From an archaeon (lineage in GTDB: Archaea; Nanobdellota; Nanobdellia; Woesearchaeales; UBA9642): a DNA stretch of 64,000 bases. The DNA lies in NCBI GenBank assembly GCA_020057295.1, contig JAGVGF010000002.1:128001-192000 (forward strand). Direction: 5' to 3'. The notes beneath the pieces were generated by a model. That model worked only from the letters and a program-made list of their open reading frames with translations, made no database searches and was not told the DNA's origin. Shown here piece by piece: positions 12,901 through 21,900 of this stretch (its first letter is position 1; the number at the start of each line of letters is the position of its first letter). The position numbers and the translations under genes were made by a program.

Positions 12901-15900
12901 AATCTAACTGATGGACCACATAATTGGAGTGTTAATTGTTCTGATGATTTAGCCAATTATTTAATGAGTGAAACAAGAAATTTCACAATAAATCAACCTG
13001 ACTTATACATAGATAATAATAGAATAATTTTCAATAACACAAATCCTGATGAAAATAGCACTATTAACATAACTGTGAACGTTACGAATATAGGTGGAGT
13101 TCCCGCAAACAATATTCTTGTAGAGTTTTGGGATGGACTTCCAAATGTGGGAACATATATTGGTAATGATACAGGAACTGTTGCTGTAAATGGTTCAAGA
13201 ATATATTCAGTATTATGGAATATTACATTAGGATATCATAATATTTGGGTTATTGTTGATCCATATAATACTCAAGGAGAACTTAATGAATCTAATAATA
13301 ATGCCACGAAAAACATTTCCATATTAAGATCTATAATTAATAGTCCTTTAAATGGTACTGCATCTATAAATTCTAATGTTACAATAAATTTCACGCTACA
13401 AGATTTCACTACAGGCAATATTAATTATTCAGTATTTGTTGATGGATCCTTTAATGGACAGAATGGTTCAGTGGTTGATAATGTATCAACGTTACTAAAT
13501 GTTACATTAACGCAAGGGTTACATTATATACAAATTCAAGCTAGAGATTTACTTGGCAGATATAAAAATTCCACCAGAGTATATATCACTATAGATTATA
13601 CTGCACCACAACCTGTTATTAACACAGTAAATTATACATGGTACAATTATAGTATTCCTCAAATAAATATTAGCGCAACAGATAATGTTTATACAAACAT
13701 TTCTTACAGAGTTTACGTTAATGGTACAGAAAATATTAATGGCACAATAACCAATGGAACTTCAAAGTTTGTAAACCTATCAACTTTAAGCGATGGATAT
13801 TATGTATTAATAATGGAAGCATGGGATTTCTTGAATAATACTGCTAACAGTACACCAAAATATATCTATGTCGACACAACAAAGCCCACAATTACATTAA
13901 ATAGCCCGGGTAATAATGCAAATATTACAAATAGAACTGTACAATTAAACTTTACAGTTAATGATAATTTAGCAAATAATGCTACATGCAATATCACATT
14001 AGATGGTTTGATAGTTAGTTTTCCTACTGTAAACATTAGTCAGCCATATATTTATACAGCGAACAATTTGATTGAGGGAACACATTATTGGAATGTTACA
14101 TGTATGGATCAAGCACTAAATATTAACACAAGTGTTACAAATTCTTTTAACGTTTATATTGCTCCAAATATTACTCTTGTAAGTCCATCTAACAATCAAT
14201 GGAGTAATACAGCAAATAACACTTTCTATTTCAATGTCAGTGATGAAACAGGATTAGAGAATTGTTCAATAATATTAAATGGCGTGATTAATCAGACAAA
14301 AACTACTGCACAATTGGTAAACAACGGGACAAATAATTTTACAATTACGGAAATGATTTCTGGAAATCATACATGGAGCATTGAATGTTATGATAATACA
14401 TTATATCATACATATAGCATAAGCAGTAATAGAACATTGTACGTTGATTTAATTAGACCACAACCAAATATCGAAACACTAAATAATTCATGGTTTAATA
14501 CTGCCACTCCTTTGATAACATTTAATATCACAGATAATATGGCATTAACGATAAATTATACACTATTTGTTAATGGTTCCGGTAATACTAATGGTGTGGT
14601 TACAAATGGTTCAACAATTTCAGTAAATTTACAGCCATTACAAAATGGAACTTACTCAGTAATATTACAAGGCACTGATTTAGCAGGCAACGTTCAAAAT
14701 TCTACACCTATAATAATCTATATAGATACAATATTACCATCAATAAATTTAACATATCCCGCTAATGATACAAATATTACTGCAAGTTATACTAACTTAA
14801 ACTTTACACCATCAGACAATATGGCATCATACTTAATGTGTAATGTTACATTAGATGGAAATAATGTTGGCTTGAATATTAATGTAACTAATGGTCAAAA
14901 TCAGAATGTGAGCGTTTCATCAATTAATGGAGGATATCATTATTGGAATGTTACATGTATGGATCAAGCAGGTAATAAAAATACTAGTCAGACATTCAGA
15001 TTCTACATCCAAATGCCAGATTTGTATATAAACACTAGTTCAATATATTTTAGTAACAATAATCCTATAGAAAACGAAACAATAAATATCACAGCAACAA
15101 TATATAATATAGGAAATATTGATGCATTCAACTTCATAGCAGAGATACGTGCTATAAACCAGACAGGACCGATAGTAGCTAATGTTACATTAAATTTATC
15201 TGCAGGAAATTATACAAATATCACAGGAAGTTATATGTTACCAATAGGAGATACATCGTTCTATGTCTTAGTTGATACTCCTATAACAACAAACGGTTCA
15301 GTTCAAGAAGAAAATGAATCAAACAATAATGCAAGTAAAACAATTCATGTAGGATTATGGGAATATGTTGTGGGAACTACAATTGACAAACTGGCTTTAA
15401 TAAATAACTTATCAATATATGATTGGATAGTGAATAATGCTACAGGAAGCAATTTGTATGTTACAGATGCAGATTCAAATATTAACTGGTTTACACTACA
15501 AGCGCTAGGTAGAAACATATCGAACGGAACGTCAGGAACTGATTTCTACACATTTGACACAAAAATAAATTCTACAATACTCACAGATTCAGTGAATAGA
15601 ACATATACTTTAGGAGGACAGCCTATAGAAACTATAAATTACACAGTCTTTAGAAGATTTATTACCAACATTCCGATTGTTAATAGTACAAATAATACTA
15701 ATTTCAAAACAGGATTACTATGGGATACAGGAGATGGTGGAATAGCGTATAATGGAACACAAGATGTGGTTCTCATATCGAAAATAAGTAAATCGACGCA
15801 GGGATACAATGCTACTGTAGATTATGAATTAAGAGTGCCTGCAACACTCAGATCGTATAAGGGATCTGTTAATCAAGTAGTATTTTATGGAGAAATTAAT

Positions 15901-15903
15901 TAA
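3988..15903 (+). CDS. giant secreted glycoprotein/adhesin (~3970 aa): MG2-like, propeller-like, many Cys-containing Ig-like repeats, DUF2341-like, lectin-like, CARDB, C-terminal A/B-subunit domain
   Basis: ORF 3892..15903, likely start at 3988 or 4018 before the signal peptide; TDKSIYQIGE motif; repeated C-x-L-x-IDG...WNVTC-x-D units; PWWNTSWNYRK; PDLYI...E-N-ESNN CARDB motifs; dense NxS/T sequons; no C-terminal TM. Confidence 0.85.
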   Translation: MNNNKNFGNRMLMSVLFLLVILLSFSVHSVYAVKLQSELKDTNIILSLDDSKFNGVDLGENYELMMSLGNQNYKYFGGMIFPIIINTNGEGLYSFKLLNKSNQEILSEISVSKTFDCDKLSLNVAPSTKSSNNDVGTYSVGEEISIHLFEGQIALSNIPQFIIISIIAQNNSDKVYRLSGDITSKFIPSESGTYTVSLYCNSGAIYSKDIVVKSSDASSDVSMGNVSIIEPYTQNNDLVHSNIENNGANYSIKRITVKNSRNEVFIGDVKAYNIRSEAPVGIRQKILSLLSSNSGKEIIGKIEMDLNGVSGLENTKLSLNDVDSTSNTVLIESISKKNIEEKNTINLEGSIEGSIVDAYALDLSALSFTNGTLTKTAKGRVLWKCKDWNFAQQTCFGKWIEVMNIRPGEDYSFEVSPNDPGFIETGLATINTDKSIYQIGESAKISAVVLDTQGYLVSNATVNIMITTPGNTVYFFDNVAESKRGIYEIIFNHNDIIGNYTMQVSAYKNETNLGMTQYVNYSMISDFSVMEYYDFDIIRNIPITTDPFRKPLYAKILIHPLNENITNYNFTEVIPSDLLVIDAPGATISNAGNETHLTWTGLNGNVTLNYTTQPPLITPNLLILGKAFIEYVINSATYIFVEFRNWFIAVDPTVTRDQGLVVYADRTDDGFIKYRNWTGSTLQSEVNSGVDFGNRIAWLKFRCLVNREQCILVGSDTGADINFNVFYTNNWTWSTNTQLDGSSETSQSNIDLDCESLSGQCIVVYEDSTNNDAVFVYRIWNGTDISGINTVTITGGENNEIDWINLYPQKGTNNIGIAIQNDGGGVNTDTPAIYSAIWNGTNFTNWRTLTANSPADGTSRTFYRHYDCAWEGGTGYFGCFYANDTLNAILFDRFNGTNWNYMGRIFNTSGEPREISACGQEGLSSFNHSYIGLMFCDSANDLDGTIWNGTSLLKTTHAASPAQNTNAECGDSNKGATEYAQNFKCTWEDDGSKALFVWVNNGVTYLTSGSYTKATSTFSNPNWTSGTQIVANGAGALRSAYLVSNPASNSVFLTYTDGARDGGCSLWTGTTWDGSGCNSATVFETTGPNVGVAWLVFDWFRNPPPQPEITIITPTNSIGYINYTGITNPSSTSIAWDNGTTALPPPGASAPITGVEFPSAEYVKITSSNDIRHITTVTGTAGRYAYQSFNFTVTESTVNMQSIIVTHEGYATQTTSLTASQFYIYGYNWSSDSYVLLKTVFASSVDVTSEVTIDAGFNDFVRNRQMYVLVQGSFAIGVGANARADINTDYMGLTVETIPMLSQNITVNASAIDDDGISKCEWIFYNSTNGNPNSLIGMINTFGDYYYNFSSISGVPDGYYNLTVFCNDTLSARTNESVYVYIDSTPPAIILYNPTNNSNITVNYALFSWNATDILYANLVCNLTIDGTVRATNVVSAHAENISRNITSITDGTHYWNVTCRDDAGNRNISQTWRFDSDTIGPAVTLNSPSASSYTNKNPLDLNFTATDSHTIVNCSLYLDGSLNQTITSVTSGIMTNFTFTNLNQGVHNWNVSCYDSFGLRGNSTSRNFTYDTILPTVYLNISTGYIFNGTIPILNYTVIDNIDSNLTCNITVNSVIELANIASTNNTLISRSVPLLDGFKQWNVTCVDDAGNVNTSETRIFQVIGGPLVTLQTPVNGTIGNGTNITLKYYAQDGNGVANCSLYINDVLNQTNTSITSGANNTFLISSLNEGRYNWSVTCYDTNGYPGYSSTWQIISDRSKPSINLSAPISGQVLTTTPTYFNFTLLDFYSTNATCNLTIDGIVNAGNQNFVALNGSVTTRSQTVTNGLHYWNVTCIDLGYNFNTSLTRNFTINVTFPVSVTVVADKTQYQEGEIAQINITTKNETSGNIATNITLDYIYTNNTYTDIPWWNTSWNYRKSIVLNQTNNTLISSKAILVNVTVPYGTITNCHELRVVSDSDLSFVDSNVITGDDVTFCYIYFIGTVTANAVNENNYHVYYGNVNASYSTQSVYVSGNYILEQLFYDDFSTASITSNWTVSSGWDASNANPLAGDHAHIQGTVTDATIRLTNSLNLLNYDFVNLSFTWGIDASWDAGAPLDYLRYDYSNDSASTWTGSGGVGTLNGNGVAQTQTVNTQLNSSYKINGFNLRFRATTNNANEDGGFDTFNITGQYAVQSSVNSNVGNHQVWILRTTNVTNSSGQYNTTFTTLGRTYGNYSAVGYAYPPNVNLRQGWGYDYFDLIADQFGPVITLLYPTNATTLRSGNITFNYTAVDYANNVANCSLYINGVFNQSNSTINESITNNFTSELFEGQYYWLINCFDSLGSQTNSSRYNLTIDDTPPIVSLISPNNSVLPSGTITFNFNVTDNFDTTILCNITVDSGNYSKLFNTSNGVNSTTIANITDGLHYWNMTCYDNINNNATSTTLNFTTATIPIVTLHSPATNYGVNSTNITLYYNLSSVNVDNCSLVLNGQYNQTVNSTQIPFKANDGQNVFNLTGMGYGIYNWTVICFDSNNFNGTDTTRIFHLDNAFPIINLSYPANNQTIFSRNINFTFNVTDIDDVLVCNLTIDGVVNKSNQNISSNNSGKVGSIYVTGLSVTNHNWSVACADNVGFSTTSVTWNFTIDSSVSISLTSPANNFLSSSGSVNFIYVPSSPADFDLGFCDLYINDSIYATHVALTSGSPDTFAVAGLGEGRYNWSINCTDSVGKNGASETRNFTLDMTGPIVTNYYPNGNVFTNSSVFFNWSATDNYDANMSCTILVNGTAQSPIVYSLNGTVTNHTYSNFRDGLLFWNVTCTDDAGNNGTSSLKNFTVQEPPAITLNSPSNNNRTKNRNITFYYTPTDNSGNISSCSIIFDGLLNQTNSTQLASGVQRNFTINNIAAGNHTWSINCTDPSGNIGSSINYTFYIDLYAPTIVLDRPIEGDFLNTNDVFFNWTATDYSGTTINCSLYVDNLFKNSTARTSGSSFNITAYNLTDGPHNWSVNCSDDLANYLMSETRNFTINQPDLYIDNNRIIFNNTNPDENSTINITVNVTNIGGVPANNILVEFWDGLPNVGTYIGNDTGTVAVNGSRIYSVLWNITLGYHNIWVIVDPYNTQGELNESNNNATKNISILRSIINSPLNGTASINSNVTINFTLQDFTTGNINYSVFVDGSFNGQNGSVVDNVSTLLNVTLTQGLHYIQIQARDLLGRYKNSTRVYITIDYTAPQPVINTVNYTWYNYSIPQINISATDNVYTNISYRVYVNGTENINGTITNGTSKFVNLSTLSDGYYVLIMEAWDFLNNTANSTPKYIYVDTTKPTITLNSPGNNANITNRTVQLNFTVNDNLANNATCNITLDGLIVSFPTVNISQPYIYTANNLIEGTHYWNVTCMDQALNINTSVTNSFNVYIAPNITLVSPSNNQWSNTANNTFYFNVSDETGLENCSIILNGVINQTKTTAQLVNNGTNNFTITEMISGNHTWSIECYDNTLYHTYSISSNRTLYVDLIRPQPNIETLNNSWFNTATPLITFNITDNMALTINYTLFVNGSGNTNGVVTNGSTISVNLQPLQNGTYSVILQGTDLAGNVQNSTPIIIYIDTILPSINLTYPANDTNITASYTNLNFTPSDNMASYLMCNVTLDGNNVGLNINVTNGQNQNVSVSSINGGYHYWNVTCMDQAGNKNTSQTFRFYIQMPDLYINTSSIYFSNNNPIENETINITATIYNIGNIDAFNFIAEIRAINQTGPIVANVTLNLSAGNYTNITGSYMLPIGDTSFYVLVDTPITTNGSVQEENESNNNASKTIHVGLWEYVVGTTIDKLALINNLSIYDWIVNNATGSNLYVTDADSNINWFTLQALGRNISNGTSGTDFYTFDTKINSTILTDSVNRTYTLGGQPIETINYTVFRRFITNIPIVNSTNNTNFKTGLLWDTGDGGIAYNGTQDVVLISKISKSTQGYNATVDYELRVPATLRSYKGSVNQVVFYGEIN

Positions 15904-18900
15904 TGAATATACATTTGCCTGAGTATCGGAAGAAGAATATAATACTTGCTGAAACACTTAAGAATACATCTTTATTTGTATTCTTTGTGACTTTATTATT
16001 TTTAATAGTCACTCCCTCAGTTACAAGTATTCCGATGATGAGTTTTGACAAAAATTATTATGTAACAAATGATGTTGTTAGCATATTAACAAAAGATCCT
16101 TCTCCATTGACTATATCTGGTTCATTAACTCTTGAAGTTTCAATAAAGGAAGATACTAATTATTATTTTAAATATCTTGGATCTGTTAATGAGATTATAT
16201 CATTTATTCCCACACAGTCTGGGGAATATATTTTTAGATTATATAATGAAAATGGAAATTTAATTGATGAAAAGAGTTTCCTTGTCTATGATAAAAGTGT
16301 CGATTCGTGTGCAACTCATAAACTAGGATCTCAAATATTGATTGATTTAGAAGAATACGCTTTTGATTTAGGATCAAAACTTCCTTCGGAAATAGAATTA
16401 ATATATTCAAATGCATTGTCAACTAACAAAATAGTTTATAATGGCGGGATAACTCCACAGATATATTATACTCCTAGTATTATTGGAAAATACTCGTTAT
16501 ACGCTGACGGAATATATCTTGCTTGTTATGACATAATAGATGATTTCGCAATAGAAAATTCTAAGATAATACACTCTACAAATGAAAATTTAAACAATAT
16601 TACTTATTTAAATAATCAAATCAGTAATCAAACTAGCAATAGTATGAACAAAACTACTTTTATTAATGGATTAAATATTTCTCTTATCTCAAACCAGTAT
16701 GATTCAAAAAACACTTCTTCAATTGTTATAGATCTTAATAATTCGCTTATTCAGTCAGAAACAGGAAGATTAAAGAAAAAAATTATTCTATTCAAGATAA
16801 AAAATAGTCTAAACGAAAGTTTGAACGCTGATACTTTTGTTTATGAGAAAGAAAAAATCGTTGGTACAATTCAAAACACTAATTCAAATAACAAAGATTA
16901 CGCTTCGAATGTAAAAGATAATATTTTAGAAAACAATTTATTATTAAATACGAGGATTTCTGTTATTGATTATACTGCAAACACTTCAATTTCTAATAAT
17001 GCTTACACTCCTGATTTTCTCGTTATTAATGATACAAGCGCGAGTTTACAAAATGCATCACTTGACGCAGATATAGAATTTGTTTCTGGAAGTGTTAAGA
17101 AAATAAATTTCAAAAATTTGGAATATAAAGAAAATATGGAAGTAGGAGTTGATGAAGTTACTGAAAAATTATCTTCTAATAAATTATTGGAAAAATCAGA
17201 AAAAAAAGAGTTGAAAGCTTACGCTGTAAATCTTTATGATTTGAATTTTACTGCTGCTTCTTTTACAAGTATTGCTGTAGGAACAGAATTGTGGAAATGT
17301 AAAGATTGGAATTTTACGACACAATCATGCTTTGGAACATGGAGTAAATTAATGGATATTATTCCTGGTCAAGAATATAATGTAAGTTTATTCCCTGGAG
17401 ATCCAGGATTTATTGAAACATTTGATGTAAATGTAGCAATAGATATAGATATTCTTGCTCTTGATAATAACACTGTGGTTCTAGCATGGATAAAGAATGG
17501 AACAACCGTAACCGGAAATTTTGAAATATGGAATACTAATGGATCCATAATTGTTAATGATACAACATTTGATGCAGGAATGGATACTCAAAGTCGAGTT
17601 TCGCTTGATTTAATTAATACTAATGATTTTATAATTGCTTCAATTGATGGTTCAACAAATATTTCAAATTTCTATTTTTATAATCGTACAGGCAGTATGA
17701 TTCAAAGTGCAACAACAATTAGTGCTAATGTTGGAGATTTTAATGATTTATCTGTATGTCAATTGGGCGATAGATTTATTTATTCTTATATTGATGCAAA
17801 TCCTGCACAGTTTGATGGTTCATTTCAAATAGTGAATAACTCTGGAAATTTTATAGGTACAATAACTGATGTTGATACAACAGTTACAACAACTACTGCT
17901 CTACAAAACTTTGTATCTTGTGCTGCAATTAATATTACTAACTGGGTATATTTATACTATGATGTTACATCATCAGATGTAACACTTAATGCACGTACAA
18001 ATACTGGAACTAATGTTGTTCTAACTGATTTAAATGCTAATGTAGGTACAACATCACAAGTTGCCGTCGCAACATCAAGAAATGAATATATTGCGAATTT
18101 ATATTATAATTCCGTTGCTGCAACTCAAGATGTAATATTAAATATACGACAATTGAATGGCGCAGTTCTTACTAATATTGCAACAGTTACTCCTGATGCG
18201 ACAGCTGGCGCAAATATTCGTCTGGATATTGCAGAAATTGATGCTTTAGGAACCAGCTACTTTGTTCCGACGTGGTATGATGCAGGAGATACAACAATAA
18301 AAGCGGCAGTGTACAATGAAACCGGAGGACAAATAACTGCTCCATTTATTGTTACAACCACACCTAACACCGGATATAGAATTGTTGCAGTTGCAGGATA
18401 TAATTCTAATGCAGAACTCGGACTTTGCAATGGAACATTTGTAATTGCATATACAAATAGTAGTGGAAATGCCATATTTAATAAATATTTAATTAATGGA
18501 TCTCAATGGAATGGAATTTGTCCTGATGTAACGCCTCCAACTGTCAATCTAACGTATCCTTCAAATGATTCTATTGTCGAAAATAATAATATTTCATTTA
18601 ATTTCACAGTAATTGATGATAGAGATGTTGTACTCCCTAATTGTAGTTTATATACAAATTTCACAGGAAATTTCATAATTAACAAAACAATATATAATGT
18701 AACTTCTGGAATAGAAACATCAATTAATGTCACAAATATCGATGATGGAAAATATATTTGGAATATTAGATGTTATGATAATTCATCAAATAACGCTTTT
18801 GCCATAAATGCTCCAAACAATTTTACGTTGTATATTAACAAAAATATTCCCTCAATAACCAACCCTCTAATAAATAGAACTGTTTTAAATCAAAGTAATT

Positions 18901-21900
18901 ACGTGCAACTTAATGTGACAATTAGTGATAGTTTTGGAATAAGCAATGCATTATTAACGATGTTATATCCTAATGGTACAAAAATAAATTATACTCTTAG
19001 TAATTCTGGAAATAATTATTATTATAATTTTAATAATACTGTTCAATTAGGGATATATAACATTACTTTAGTTTGGGCAAATGACACTTTAGGACAATCA
19101 AATCAAAATAACACGTTGATTTTATCTTTTAATGTTACTGCAAGCCCTCCGTCGGATTTCAATCTTTTAGCCCCTACGAATGCAACAGTTTCCACTAATC
19201 TAATTCCGAATATGAATTGGCAGCAAACAACTGATGAAACATTTGCAAATTACACGTTAATTCTAGATAAGGATTCAACATTTGCAACTCCAGATTATAC
19301 TTATGCAATTTCTCCAATAACAAATACTTCTTACATATTAGGATTTGCACTTGATGTAAATTCTGTATATTATTGGAGAGTTATAGCATACGATATTTTT
19401 GGAAATAGTAAAAATTCAACAAACGATTTTATATACATCACAGATAACTCAGGCCCACTTATTACTCTAAACATTCCTGAAACTAATTCTTTTGTACTTA
19501 TGAGCAATGTGTTATTTAATTATACTCCGATTGATGCAAATACTATTTCGAATTGTACATTATATACAAATGCTACAGGAACATTTTCTCCAAACCAAAC
19601 AAATTTTACTATTGCAAATACTCTTCCTAATTATTTATCTATGAACTTAAATGACGGATATTATTTATGGAATATTTTATGTTTTGATCAAGTTGGAAAT
19701 TATAAATTTTCAAATAATAATTTTACATTAAAAATTGATACTACTCCTCCTAATGTTACAATACTAAATCCTCAAAATAATACTTATGAAAATAATACTA
19801 ACAATGTGTTATTTTATGGAAATGCAACAGACGTAATGACTGGTGTGGACAATTGTTCTCTAATAATAAATAACACTGTTAGACAAACCAAATCCGTAAC
19901 TGAAGGAATAGTTTTTAATTTTACAGAATTTGTTTCTAATGGTAATTATGTATGGAACATAAATTGTACAGATTCAAATGGATTTATTGGAAGTTCAGTT
20001 AATTATTTTATCAATGTAAGTGTCGTTGATACTAATCCTCCACTTATACAATTGAATACTCCGACAAACAATGAATATATTAATACCTCGACAATAATAT
20101 TTAATTATACTGTAGATGATGCCTCAGGAATAGAAAATTGTTCTATTTTTATAGGTGGAATATTAAATTCTACAAATTATACTGTTAGTAATCATCAAGA
20201 TAATTTATTTACTATTTCAGAATTTACTTTCGGAACAAAAAATTGGCGTATAGCGTGCTATGATAATACTACAGAAAGAAATTATCGTCTAAGTTCTACA
20301 AGAAATTTCATTGTAGATTTAACAAATCCTGTTGTGACATTAAATATTCCAGGAAATTCAACAACTCCCTTATATCTAAATTACTCGACTATAGAATTTA
20401 ATTATACTCCTAGTGATGCAAATCTTTATTCTTGCGCATTATATGCTAATTTTACAGGATCATTTATAGAAGAACAAATAAATTTAACTCCAACAAATTC
20501 TCAAAATAATTATTTTACTCAAACAATTAATGACGGTAATTATGCTTGGAATATTTTATGTACTGATTTATCATCAAGAAGTAGTTTTGCTTTACAAAAT
20601 TATTTAATATTAGTTGATACACATGCTCCTGATTACTCAAATATTAATGTTTCTCCATATTCTAATTCGCCGTATAATTCATCAAAAAAATATTTCTTTA
20701 ATATTACTTGGACGGATAATTTTGAAATTTCTCAAGTTATTTTTGAATCAGATATTGATTCGTATGCATTATATGGTATTTCTGGAAATTTAACAAATTA
20801 TACAATTAACAGTTCTGACTTAGGAAGTTCAAAAAATTATAGTATTAATTTTACTAATATTGCTGCAGGAAATTATGTTTATACATGGTATGCAATAGAT
20901 GCTGCAGGAAATTTAAATAAGACCGAGCTTTTAACTTACAATGTTTCGCAAGAAAATTCTAGTGTGAATTTATTAATTAATGGCTCAGATGCCAATTTTA
21001 GTATTAATGAAGGAAATTATGTTAATTTAACAGGAACATTATTAGTTCCATTAATAGGAGTAATAGATTTGTATGTGGGTGAATCATTAATAAATTCAGG
21101 AATTGCTCCGATTTATAATATTACATTATTTGAAAATCCGGGTATATATAATGTGACTGCATTTTATAATTATTCTCAAAATTATTCTTCAAGTTCTGAT
21201 ACACATTTTGTTATTGTGAGTGATATAAGTTCTCCGCTAATAACGTTAAATGTTCCCATAACTAATTCTCCAATAGCTTCAGGAGAAATAACTTTGCAGT
21301 ATATTGTGAATGATAAATCCGATATTGCTAATTGTAGTTTATATATCAATGGAACATTAAATCAAACAGATAATTCTATTACTAGAAATGTGACGCAATT
21401 CTTTGTAGTTTCCTTACCCCAAGGAAATTACACCTGGACTGTAGATTGTTATGATAATTCTTCAAACCATAATTACAATATTTCTACTACATGGATATTC
21501 AGGGCACTTGACGCATCAGTCATTAATCTAGTCGTGTCTCCATTAGAATCACAATATGAAATAGTAGAAAATGCTATAATCGAGATAAATACTACCGGGC
21601 AATTTAATGACACATTAAACACTAATTTTACAGCTGATATAATATATGGAAATACTTCCCTTCCTTGGTGGAATACGAGCTTTAAGTATAGAAAGAATCT
21701 GTTATTTACAGAAAATTATAATAATTCAAGAGATGTGACTATGGATGTAAATATAACAGGATTAAGCGCATTAATAAATAATTGTACTACTCAAACAAGA
21801 ATTGTCGAGATTGTTATATATAACGGAACGATAAATCAATCTATTATTCCATTTGAAATTCTTTCAGGAGATGATAGTAATAATTGTTTTGTAAGATTTA

